DNA from: Octopus vulgaris
Taxonomy: Eukaryota
DNA: 64,000 bases
Reading direction: 5' to 3'
Assembly: GCA_951406725.2 (NCBI GenBank)
Contig: OX597826.1
Coordinates: 56,978,001 to 57,042,000 of the forward strand
Within the stretch, counting starts at the first letter, position 1. Each line of letters begins with the position of its first letter. Under the pieces are notes generated by a model that was given only the letters and a program-made list of their open reading frames with translations, was not told where the DNA came from and did not search any database. Positions 41,251 through 53,106 of this stretch are shown one piece after another. Both the position numbers and the translations under genes were made by a program.

Positions 41251-41541
41251 CTGTAAATAATAATAATAATAATTATAAGCAATCACTGTGTATTGGCTAA
41301 AGAGAATAGTTTATTATTGGGGCATATAAGCCCTTGATAGAAATAAGTGGGAATTAGTTCCCATGGGAATTGAACCTACATCTCTGCACTTATGAATATA
41401 AGAGGAGTGGGCTTGATTGCCATGCATACTAAAGCCCACTTTCTTCTGTCAGGGGCTTATATGGCCAAGTATTAGACTATCTTCTTTAGCCAATACATGG
41501 TGATTTCTTATAAGCTTTAAGCTTTTAGGTATTATTTACAG
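41251..41541. mobile_element. fold-back element (probable MITE) with 86-bp inverted arms
   Basis: 41273-41358 versus 41428-41513 match at 70 of 86 positions without gaps. An outer pair CTGTAAATAATA / TATTATTTACAG lies at 41251 and 41530. Confidence 0.7.
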
Positions 41542-41774
41542 TATATAAATATGTATATATGCATGTTGAACAGCAACTAGCTTAAATAAACATTAGTAAT
41601 GATATCCTTCTTAATAAATAACATGAATTGACTAATCATTTAGAATTATTTATCATGGCTTTGTTTTTAACAAGCATTAACAGGCAAAGAGTAGAAAGAG
41701 TAAACAGGTTCTGAAATATATTAATCCATCAAATGTTGTGTATTTGTAGAACAGACAAGAAGCAAGGACACGTC

Positions 41775-42200
41775 TGAATCAGATGTTCAGCTGTCAGTAG
41801 GTGAGTCAACAGTTCTACCTGATGTGCAACAACATAAGAGGCCAGTCCAATAATAACACCTGATGTACAACAGCTAGGATGCCATCAACAGTTGTATTGT
41901 ATGTATAATGACCAAGAAACCAGTCAGCAGATGTACTAGATATACCAAATGTGCAACAGTCATGGTGCTAGCGAAAGGTTGTACAAGACGAGCAACAATC
42001 AAGATACTAGATGTTAGCTATAACAAATGCCAATCAACAATTGTTTTAAATGTGTAGAAGTTTATATTCCCACCAGATATTCATTGTTAAGAGATGTACA
42101 GTAACTAGTCAAGTGTATAAAAGTCAGCAAAACAGTCAACTATTATACTAGATTTTATTCCAAATAGTCAGTACTAGATATGCAACTATATTCAGTTGAC
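41775..42200. repeat. ancient degenerate ~39-bp minisatellite
   Basis: Recurrent CCAGTCAACAGTTGTACYAGATGTGCAACA-like units, e.g. starting near 41806, 41845, 41885 and 41923. Confidence 0.65.
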
Positions 42201-44747
42201 AATAAGATCAGGAGAAATAGTCATTTGGTAAAGGGTATAGTAAACAAATAAACATGCAAATAGAAATGAAATTACTGTGCAATGTGATATGGGTCTTTTA
42301 GTTCAGGAAATCAAATACATCACAAAGTGTTTGTGTTGTCTTTAAAATAAACGCACTTTAACTTTCACTGACTCAGTTGATCTAGCTGTGGGAAATAGTT
42401 GAGAGAATTTCTTTTTTGCTGAGGAAGTTTACCAGTAAGTAATAGTCTGACAATGAGACCAGAAATAAGTATCTGCCCCTCGTCTAGTAAATGATATGCA
42501 AAATAAATATGTATGGTTAACAAAAATACATTATAAAAAAATAATTAGGGAGCTCTAGTTAAAATCAACAGCAGAATTTGCATCTTACCACCTTCATCAC
42601 CAGTTACAGAGTAGCTCAACACTATGAAAGAAGCTAGTCAATAGATACAGGAATATATTTTTGTTGACCCTGAGCTTATTTATTAGTCATGATCCTTAGC
42701 TTATTTATTATTACAGTGTGAAAATGTAATGTAGAGATAATCTTAAGAAAATTTGCTGACAGAGATTATCAGCCATTTCTAACTTACTGGACAGAAAAAG
42801 AATAGATAAGTAAATTATGTATCTAAATGGATCTGCTCCAGGTTCTTGCCACAGGGCATTTCATCAGTATTTTACAGAAGTGCTCCAAAAAAAGGTATCA
42901 TGGGAAAATTCTTTCTTCCTTGCACAAACACCATACTATCTCAATTTCTCTCACATATGCAAGCACACCTGCACACATGAAATACTTGCATAAAGTAAAT
43001 ATAATGCAGAAGCTTTTTGAAGATTATAAAATAGGTGTGTGTGAGGGAGTGTATACCTACCTTTGAATGCATGTTGTAAGTATTTTATCCACAGATGCAT
43101 GGATATGTATACATGCATCAGTTGCATTAAAGACTACAAATTGTTTATTTATAGATTGCTATGTAGGTAGGTATGTGATATTTGTTGATTTGCAATTTAT
43201 TTAGATGATATTACATTAATTGGCAAAATTGGAAATATAATATTTATGGAATGGGAATTCATTCAGCTAGAAATTAAATATTGCAAGCAATTTTTTTTTT
43301 TAAATTACAAAAATAAAATATAATAAAAGACTAAAAATGCTAAAATAAAACAATGTTGAAGGCTGCTATTTAATCAGTAATCATTTTGGAAATAACATTT
43401 GGTTGGTGTGCGTGTGTTTCTTTGTGTGTATGTGTGTGTGTGTATGCATACGTGTGCGCATGTGTGCGCGCGTGCGAGTATCACAGAGAATAAAATATTT
43501 GCCATGTTGAAATATATTTTATGTCTCTCTCAGAACTAAACTGTTCAGAGACATCTAATGGAAAAATGATTCCATCTAATAGGAAAAAAATGTTCATGTA
43601 GGAATGAAATATTGAAATAGTCTAAATGCATGTAGCAAAATATTGTAGCGAGAGAGAGAGAAAGAGAGAGAGGGGAAGAGAAAGAGAGAGGGGAGAGAGA
43701 GAGGAAAATGTGATTTACAGAAGATAAATTTTAACCCTTTTAACATGGGAAACCATACTTCAACAGGCATAATTGTATGCCATTTCTTTTAAAAGTAGCT
43801 GTAGGTGAACTACAAATCTTCCAGATATATATACAGAGGCAAAGTTTTATACAGAACAGAAGGCAGTGTAGAGCAAGAGAAAGAGAAAGAGAGAGAGATT
43901 GAGAGAGAGAAAGATACAGAGAGAGAGAAAGATACAGAGAGAGAGAAAGATGCAGAGAAATTTTGCCATTGGTGGTGGGAGTGGTGTTGTTGATCAGTTA
44001 GATTACGATAATAGATGGACAGCAAGTGTCTATTAACAAGAGAAAATATGGAAGATCAGACAAAAGGACAGTGTCGGATATTATTTAAATTGTATTCCTA
44101 GTCACAGCTTGATCTGTAATTAATTGTAGTCAAGTCTGTGTTAATGAAGTATGAAGACAACCAGTTACCGAAACTAAACAGATACTGGAAACAAAAGATT
44201 TAATTAATATCAGAGAAATTACAACTTGAAATTTAAAAAAAAAATAAAATAAATAAACTAGAATAAAATTTTTAAAAAATAATAAAAGGAAAGAAAGCTT
44301 TTGTTTCAGATTATAAAATGGCATTGAGTGGGAAGATGCTGCTCTTTACATCATTGTTGAATGCATGATGTCTATTCTACATCATGCAAACATTGAAACA
44401 ACCTAACTTCCATTAATACCAATCTCTTGTGAAGACAGTGTTCTGAAAAAGCAGCACAGTTATTTAATTGCCAGCCAAAAAAGAAAAATAAGAATCAGAA
44501 ATCAGATAATGGTGATATCTGTATGTATTTTTTTGTTTTTTAAAATAAATAATTAAATAGCCTACTTCGCTAGATGTGTCTGACCAGCAACTGCCAAAGT
44601 TGAAACATTTCTTCACTGATCCACAAACTTTATGTAACTCGACAGAAGAAACCAAGAAACTAAATCATTCTATAAATCTACAAATAATTATATCACTACG
44701 AAAATAGTTTATTCAGATACAAAGGGTAAATTATGCTGAGTGAATTA

Positions 44748-44751
<4 letters not shown>

Positions 44752-44779
<28 letters not shown>

Positions 44780-45170
44780 GTTTAACGTCCGTTTTCCATG
44801 CTAGCACGGGTTGGATGGTTCGACCGGGGTCTGGGAAGCCAGGGGCTGCACCAGGCTCCAGTCTGATCTGGCAGTGTTTCTACAGCTGGATGCCCTTCCT
44901 AACGCCAACCACTCCGCGAGTGTAGTGGGTGCTTTTTACGTGCCACCGGCACAGGTGCCAGGGGAGTCTGGCATTAGCCACGATCGGTTGGTGCTTTTAA
45001 CGTGCCACCGACATGGAAGCCAGTCAAGGCGGCGCTGGCATTGGCCATGTTCGGATAGTGCTTTTTATGTGCCACCGGCACGGAAGCCAGTCAAGGCAGC
45101 GCTGGCATCGGCCACGTTCGGATGGTGCTTTTTATGTGCCACCGGCACAGAAGCCAGTCGAGGAGCCAGT
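44752..45170 (-). mobile_element. family B RTE 3' UTR copy with four tandem hairpin modules
   Basis: (CAT)n tail at 44752-44779; GTGCTTTTWAYGTGCCACCGRCA at 44929, 44991, 45058 and 45125. Confidence 0.92.
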
Positions 45171-45469
45171 TCTTGAAATAAATTTCAGGAATACTTGTTT
45201 ACATAGTATATTTTGGTACCACTGTATGGTTAAGAAGCTTGATTTACAAATGTTTGGTTCTGAATCCAATGACAGTTGTACCAGTGGCATATGGAGGTTG
45301 TTGTATTGGGTGTGTTGCTATCAAATTTCAAGCAATGGTATAACAAAAGTTTTCCATTAAGTTTTGTGATTAAGTTAATGAGTAAGGTTCATATTTATAA
45401 TGAATTTGTCATTTTCTATGGCTGGACAGAACACACCTAGCACACCTGGAATATACACCCCTGTTGTGT

Positions 45470-45600
45470 GTCACTTTGGGCAAGTGTCTTTTACTATAAC
45501 ACTGAGCACACCCATACCTTTGTGAGTGGAATTTGGTAAATGAAAACTGTGTATAAGCTCCTTGTATATGGTGTGTATGTGCGCGTGTGTGAGTGCACGT
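45470..45600 (+). mobile_element. family A internal fragment (old)
   Basis: CACTTTGGGCAAGTGTCTTTTACTATAAC ... TTGTGAGTGGAATTTGGTAAATGAAAACTG. Confidence 0.65.
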
Positions 45601-45857
45601 GCATGCACGTCACTGATGCATATTATCAAAGGAAGTAAGTATTAAGGATGAAAAAAGAAATATCATTTTCATCTTTGCTTTCAGAAAAGCAATGAACCAA
45701 TGATGGGCTCATTGAAAACATTTAATTAATGATTTTACATAGAATTCCTCAACTGTGGTATCAGTAATACATAACTAGGCTTTTTTAAAATAATTTCCAG
45801 TGATGATATGGTCAAACATTTAAATTCATAAAGGTATAAAGACTTAAATATATGTAA

Positions 45858-46077
45858 TCCTTTCGTTACTGTATTTATTTTGAGACGCTCTGTGTTTCTT
45901 TCAATTATTTTGAATATAACAAAGAATTTAGTAAAATAACTTAGTTATTATTCAGCTAGTGTTAGGAACATAAATTGTGACTAAGCTTTGGTGGAAGATT
46001 TTAATTCAAAACGTATGAAAACAAGACATTTGTACTCAGAGCCAGAGCCGGTTTCAGCCAGGTTGGTAACGAAAGGG
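45858..46077. mobile_element. piggyBac-type MITE (220 bp)
   Basis: Left GTAA|TCCTTTCGTTAC and right GTAACGAAAGGG|TTAA. This fits a TTAA TSD with CCC termini, with one substitution each in the left TSD and left TIR. Confidence 0.75.
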
Positions 46078-47416
46078 TTAAACACATGGCAAATATATGG
46101 ACTTATATACTTAAAATAATATACATATTTTGTTTTCCCTATAAAAAATGATTGATTGATTACTAATTAACATTTCTTTTATCTGTTCAAATCTGTTCAG
46201 TATTAGGAAACAAGCGTACCAGTAATATGCCGAGATTAAACTAATTTATTACATCAGTATTATATCAGTAAATCTGATTGCTTCATTCATCCTGTCAAAG
46301 TGGGTAAAGAAGGAATAGGTATGTTTTCTCCTCAGAAATCGACATTCATGCTTCTTTACATCATTTGAAATGAAACTGCCATTCCACAGAGGACTTTGGT
46401 CCATTTGTAAAAGAATTATTACCTTCCGACAATATCAAGGAATAAAGAAAAGTGCAGGAGAAGTTGTTTTTATTTTTTATGGAAACACAGCAGTACAAGG
46501 TTTGTAACATGGCATAAAAATATACATCAATGAACGAACAGCAAAGAGTTTCAAAAAACACATACACACACAAAAAAAAAAAGAAGAATGCTTAGAAATG
46601 AAAGAAAAAGGTTTTTATTATCTTCATCATAAATTTCACCACAGCCATTGAAGCAACTAGCTCTAACATCATCATCATCATCTTCACCACCACCGCCACC
46701 ATCACTGTCACCAACAACACCACCAACACCACCACATCATCATCATCACTACTGTTGTCATCAATATCATTACACAGTTATCGCTAAGCTCTTTGCTTCA
46801 ATTATTATTGTTGAATCTTTCATCTTTCTAAGTGATGAAAAACTCAAATGTTATCGCTTATGTTATCTCTTATGTCATAATCAACAAAATTTGAAGAACA
46901 GAGTCAAATGTCAAGATATGAAACAACTATTGACATATTTTTGGAGGTGCGGCTGGGAAAAACAACAGATCTATCAAATTCTACTTAAAATGAAAAGGAT
47001 GAAATGAGGAAAGAACCTTATTTCATCACTATATATTCATGTACATTTGAGTATGTCAATATATGAGTGTATTGCAATGTAACAAAAATTGCATGTATAT
47101 GTGTGCATGTGTGTGTATGTGCATGTACATGGTGTATATATAGTTATTCATGTATATGCATATTTAATGGTGAAACTGTGTTGATGCTAGAGAGTATGAA
47201 TATATATTATCTTAGTGAGTGCATGTGAGTATATGCATGTGTGTGTGTGTTTATGTACATGCTAGTGAATGAAAATGCACATTTGTATGAACAGGATGAA
47301 CAGATAAATATAGGAAAGAGAATACAGAAGTCTTGTTTAAAAGAAACAGAGGAAGCAATTGCTTTTAGAATACTGATTGTTTCACTTCCAATATCAGGTA
47401 AAGGAATAAAAGAAAC

Positions 47417-47465
<49 letters not shown>

Positions 47466-47584
47466 CTCTCATTCTCTCGTTCCATTTGACACTGGGCTGA
47501 AGATAAAGAGAATCTTTATGTAGTCACACAACCTATTAAAAATAGCACCCAAATCAAATGCAAAATAACATAATACAATCTGAA

Positions 47585-47770
<186 letters not shown>

Positions 47771-47779
47771 GATATATTT

Positions 47780-47897
47780 GACAATGTAGTCTCTGATAAT
47801 ATAAAAGATGAAATGTTCATGTTCATGGCTGGAATGCCTTCGATCATATGTCCTTTGGTTGATCAGATTTGACTTGGTGTTAAACAACGACAACAGC
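47780..47897 (+). mobile_element. family E 3' part with (CAA)n-like tail
   Basis: TTCATGGCTGGAATGCCTTCGATCATATGTC ... TTGGTGTTAAACAACGACAACA. Confidence 0.65.
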
Positions 47898-48425
47898 CAA
47901 AGAATTTCAAGTAAATATGGAGAAACAATAAAAATCAGTCAGGCTTGGAAGGACTTCATGTTGGTTTTATGCAGAGTATTACTGAAGACTCATCAGAATC
48001 AAGTTGTCAAAGAAAAATTTTATTGGTTAGATTATAAACCAGCAACAATGATTTAATTTCCATTTCTACTTAGAAAAAAAAAAACATATCAGTTTGCCAC
48101 TGCTTGGTCAGAGCATACTTGGAGCTAAACAACAACTATGGATACCCTACTTGATTATAAACAACAACAAAATGAACATGAAGATCTCCGTTGTTGGACT
48201 CTGCAACTTGCTAACTTTGAAAATATGAATTTTGGTTTAAATGAAAACATTCTTTTTTTTTTAGTATTTAAGAAGTTTGTTTTAGATCTGTGTAGTTTTG
48301 TGTTCCATCCCACCATACAGCAAACTCTAGCAAATTTTTTATATACTTCAAGAAAGCAGGTGGAACATAGAATATATCTTTCCTTTTGGAAAAAAAATTG
48401 ACTAACATGAAGTTTACTCATGAAT

Positions 48426-48797
48426 TCTTTTATGCTTTTACTTGTTTCAGTCATTTGACTGTGACCATGCTGGAGCACCACCTTAAAGGGTTATAGCCAA
48501 AGAAATCAACCCCAGGACTTAATCTTTGTAAGACTAGTACTTATTCTATCGGTCTCTTTTGCCGAACCACTAGGTTATAGGGACATAAATATACCAGCAT
48601 CAGTTGTCAAGTGATGGTGATGGAGGCACAAAACACATATATACGACAGGCTTCTTTCAGTTTCTGTCAATAGAATCCACTTACAAGGCTTTGATCGGCC
48701 TGAGGCTACAGTAAAAGATACTTTCCCAAGGTGCCACGCCATGGGACTGAGCCTGGAACCATGTGGTTGGGAAGCTAGCTTCTTCCCACACAGCCAT
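48426..48797 (-). mobile_element. family A SINE, near full length, intermediate age
   Basis: TTTTACTTGTTTCAGTCATTTGACTG ... CCCAAGGTGCCACG ... CCACACAGCCATG. Confidence 0.9.
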
Positions 48798-48799
48798 GG

Positions 48800-49385
48800 A
48801 ACAGAGAGGAACTTAATGAGGCTGATTTTGTGCTTTGACATGGGTGAAGGGAGAAAACAACTGAGTTCTGATGGCAAGAGTGAACTTTAAAATGATGGTC
48901 AAAGTTGTATCAAACAAAAGTGAAGTAATAAACCAAGATTTTGGGAAACTATTGGATCTGACAAAATTTCTGGTATCCAACAATAACTATTTTGTATCAA
49001 TTCTGTTGTCAATTCTATAATTGAGAAAATTGTCAGCATATTTAATGAAGAAAAAGTATTGATTCCAGCAACAATAAAGACAATCCATTATTTAATCAAA
49101 TCCCTAAACAGTTGTATCTTTGGAGGAGTGCCCTTCCCCTCATACTGTGACATTGAAAAAGAGGAATGCTGTAATATCTGCAAAATTTTAAATAAGGGGA
49201 ATAGGCTTTGCAATGGAACAAGAATTTGCATGACCAATTAAAGCAGATTATTATTACAGAACATGGACATTATGGAAAACTAGTCATTGTGCCAAGAATT
49301 AAGCTGAAACATTATAACACAACTGTCTTATTCGCTTTTATGTGGTGACATCTTCCAGTTCAAATAACTTTCACAATGTTAATCA
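48800..49385 (+). mobile_element. Helitron Rep/Hel PIF1-like helicase relic
   Basis: Across frameshifts: SLNSCIFGGVP/PHTVTLKKRNAVI/...RLCNGTRI.../IITEHGHYGKLVIVPRIKL...VLFAFMW*HLPVQITFTMLI. Colinear with the Helitron motifs FLNSL..G.PPH.L.LK, GLCNGTR, IPRI.L and RRQFP...FAMTIN. Confidence 0.75.
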
Positions 49386-51129
49386 CTGGTCTGTTCTTAC
49401 CAACTGATATCTATTTACAGACAGCTACTATGTTGCTATATTAGGAACTACACAGAGTACTGCTCTGTTTTACATGTGGGACATTGCCTTCCTCAGCTGT
49501 TGGCTGGAAATCACAATGATTTTTAGCACTTTCTGAGAGTACCAATTTGCTCTTGTGGCACCAAACAGCCTTGATGCTATCAGAAAATGTGCAAACCATT
49601 TTAGCTCACATCATAAACACACAATTACCTTCTTTTTATCCATGCAGCCAATGTTAGAAAAAGTACTCTACATCATGTTGTTGAAGCTTTCCAATGCTAA
49701 AACTTCCTTAGCTTCTATATAACCCAGATATTTAACTGAGATAGATTTATGACATTCATGCATATGTTTTGGTATATCATTTATTTCAATAATCATTCGT
49801 TATTTATCATCATTTAATACATAATGGCCATGCAATCCATAAAATAAGCACATATTTCTTATTTGAAAAATATCACATATTGAAGAAGTTCTAGAAGAAT
49901 GATATAGCACTTTCTCTAAAGTAAATCACTAAAAGTCAGTAGATAATTATAATAATTAGCATATTTTAAAATTTCAAATAAACTTGAACTCAACTTGAAA
50001 ATGAAAATTTAAATTTGAAAAGAAAAGAAAATTCATTTTTCAAAATTTCACTTTATAATTCTTTGCTGATTCAAGTTTGGATTTCATATTTTGAACTCCC
50101 CCGTCTCTTTAATTTTGGTTTATACGAAAAACAACTCAACGTTTATCAATATATTTCACACTTCAAACAATAAATAAAATTAATAAAAAACATATAAAAG
50201 AGAAATAAATAAAATTTGAATTGTAATTCTCTGGTTATAACTTATAACTAAGAAGAATTACACTACAATGATAGCATTAATCTAGTCATGTGGAAATATA
50301 TATCTTTTTAAAAAGATAATTTTCAATTCTCAAGTTTAACAAGTGCTATAAAATATTAGATTGTATGTATTTTGGAAGTCATCCATACAAAATATTGTAG
50401 TGTCGAATAATATTAATATTAATAACAATAATAATAGTAATAATAGCAATAGTAATATCCTATTTTCTTTCTCTTTTTTTTTTTTGTATTTATGTATTTA
50501 CTTATAAGATATTTTAAAAACATAAAACAATGGTTTTATTGTTGCTTCACTACAGTTATCTTTAAAACATTGAGAACACTTACCATTTCTTGGGAAAAGA
50601 CAAACAGAAAATTCCAGTTAAAAAGATTTTTTAAGTACTTACCTAAAAAATAAAAGAAAACAAAATTGAAGTTAGATTTATTGAAAATCAAGACAGAAAA
50701 TAATTTTAAATATAAAATAAAAGTCACATCAAATTAGATTTTATCAGTTGATGACATTTATAAGATTTATTTTCCTTTATTAGAGTTCTCATTGAATTCA
50801 TTTCAATTTAGAGAGAATTTACTAATTAACAAAGTAAGCACATCTGAATTGATAAAGGCGGCAAGAAGTGGTCAGTTTATATACATCCTGTCACCACCAT
50901 TACATTGTAATCAAGACATTTAACTATGAAATGGCCATCCACTTACCTGTAGATAGATAAAGTACAGTACAGCCAACTACCACTCATGAATGAGTCTGGC
51001 TTAGTAGCATGTATTTTTTGCTAATTATTTTGTATGACTACGGAGTTGGAAGCATAGATAACTTTTTTCCCCAACAGCAATCTCCTATTTCCTCCCACCT
51101 ACTCACTGTGAAACCTACAGAACAGCCAG

Positions 51130-51315
51130 GATGTAACAGTTAGAGGAAGAGAAGGGTGCACCAGTACCTGGCTGGTACTCATTCATAGCTGAGTAAACTA
51201 AAGCAATATGAAATGAACTGCTTTGCTCAAGGATGAAAGATATTATCCATTCGCGGAATTGAACCCATAATCTTATGATAATGAGCTGTATACACAAACA
51301 ACAAAGCTATGCAGC
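51130..51315 (-). mobile_element. diverged family G-like SINE
   Basis: GTACTCATTCATAGCTGAGTAAACT ... TTTGCTCAAGG ... GGAATTGAACCCATAATCTTATGAT. Confidence 0.6.
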
Positions 51316-51568
51316 TAACATAGCTGAATATTTAATTAGCTTAAAGTGCTGAGACCAACCCCACCAGAAGGCACAGTTTGAAAGAAAAGTTCAGGTTTTA
51401 AAGCTATCTTGTTCTGCAGACACTATTTGAAGTCTTAGATGACATCTCTTTATGATTCAATATAAAACTGCAGATACAACACCTTTGATTAGACACATAC
51501 ACTAGGAAAACAATAGTATTTAGTGACAGGTCTTACTTTTCCCTGCTTTTATGTTTTCATTTTATCTT

Positions 51569-52085
51569 GAGGCAATGACAAAAGACCGGGACCTCTGGAG
51601 ATACGCTGTGACTGCAAAGACCTCACAAATAAAGTGAGTTCATGGCTGTATCCTACATCAGTTTCACATAACCAGCCCCAGCCCATTCAAAAGTACCTTG
51701 GGTCATGGGACGACCTGTTGTGCTTACCTGGGATCGTAGGGCAACCTGCTGTGCTTGAGGAGACCTATTGAGTCAAGTACATCAACATCAAAATAAAAAT
51801 CAAATGGAAATTGTAGTTGTGATAACCATGCCGGTGGCATGTAAGAAGCACTATCTGAACGTGGCTGATGCCAGCGCTGCCTTGACTGGCTTCCGTGCCA
51901 GTGGCATGTAAAAAGCACCCACTACACTCATGGAGTGGTTGGTGTTAGGAAGGGCATCCAGCTGTAGTAACACTGCCTGATCAGACTGGAGCCTGGTGCA
52001 GCCTCCTGGCTTCCCAGACCCTGGTCGAACCATCCAACCCATGCTAGCATGGAAAACGGACGTTAAACGATAATGATGATGATGA
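51569..52085 (+). mobile_element. RTE-clade LINE 3' end: ORF C-terminus, ~450-nt 3' UTR (family B) and (GAT)n tail
   Basis: 51569-51637 reads EAMTKDRDLWRYAVTAKTSQIK* (RTE terminal DR..WR motif). It runs contiguously into two family B modules, GGAAGGGCATCC, the palindrome CCATGCTAGCATGG and (GAT)n. Confidence 0.85.
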
Positions 52086-52090
52086 GTTAC

Positions 52091-52295
52091 TTGTTGTTGT
52101 CTAATTCTAGGTTAACCTTAGAGGAACAGACCGATGATCACAGTAGCTATAGTCAACCTTTCTCTTGATTTTCTTTTTTCAGAAATAATATGTCTAAGAT
52201 TACATTATACAGTGCATCCTTCCTTACAGATAGCAGTGTGCAATTATGGAGAAGATATGGCTAACAGTTTGATCACATAAAGGCTCCCTTGCTTG
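52091..52295 (-). mobile_element. family E copy
   Basis: TTGTTGTTGTCTAATTCTAGG ... CAGACCGATGATCA ... GATTACATTATAC ... GATCACATAAAGGCTCCCTTG. Confidence 0.6.
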
Positions 52296-52872
52296 CTCAT
52301 CTTTGGTTTTTTGTCTCATGTAGTAAGAACTATAAATCAACAAGTAATCAATTAAAATCAATGACCCAGTTTCTAGTCTCATCTGAAGCTATTTCACTTA
52401 TGCCATTTATGCCTTTAAGAAAACCCTGACATCACATCTTTTCTTTTCTTCATTATTAAACTGAGGCTTCATACGAAAAGAAACCAGTACATTATTCTTT
52501 CTTTTTTTCTTATTCTTTATCTCATTTATAGATTGAATATTTGAACAATTCCTTCATTAGGGATATTCTACAATGGGTTATTTCTTCTATTAAGCTTCAA
52601 GAAAATAGAATTTTAGAAAATAACTATTTTGTAATAAATGCTGTCAATAGGCTGTGTACAAATATTTCAGCTTAGTATTATTGAAAGCCTCATCAATTAT
52701 ACTCTATCTTAGCTGGGTACACCAATGAATACTTTCTTTCTTTAATACACCAATCTACACAGGACAATACCTGAGCTTGTACGTGATAAACTAGCTAGCT
52801 AAAAACAGCAATCAAATTTTCAGCGAACCATACCCTGCCATCTTTAAAAAAAGGAAGAATATATTGGATATG

Positions 52873-53106
52873 TCATCATCATCATTGTTCGACCGTGGTC
52901 GAGACAATGGAATTTACCATGCTACGCCAGACTTCACGGTCCATCATGGCATTACGGAGGTCCTGTTGCTGGATGCCTGTATCCCTGGAGATTACATCAG
53001 GGTAGGAGAGTGTGCGCCCTCTGGTATTGCGAGTAGATGGCTTCCAGAGGAGAAGAGTAGAAATTACCTCTTTTTCAGTTCTACAACAATGTCCAGCAAA
53101 CTGGAC
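52873..53106 (-). mobile_element. second RTE-like LINE family, 5'-truncated, inserted in a family E copy
   Basis: Stop-free VQFAGHCCRTEKEVISTLLLWKP...RGRTLSYPDVISRDTG...LRNAMMDREVWRSMVNSIVSTTVEQ*, followed directly by (TGA)n. Family E halves lie at 52770-52870 and 53130-53210. Confidence 0.85.

Noticed and set aside
44929-45170. CRISPR-like repeat-spacer pattern
   Set aside because: Eukaryotic context, linkers near-identical to each other, no cas genes, and it lies inside an RTE 3' UTR.
49390-49860. Possible minus-strand reverse-transcriptase relic (VKYLGY)
   Set aside because: One short motif only; I found no other colinear RT motifs.
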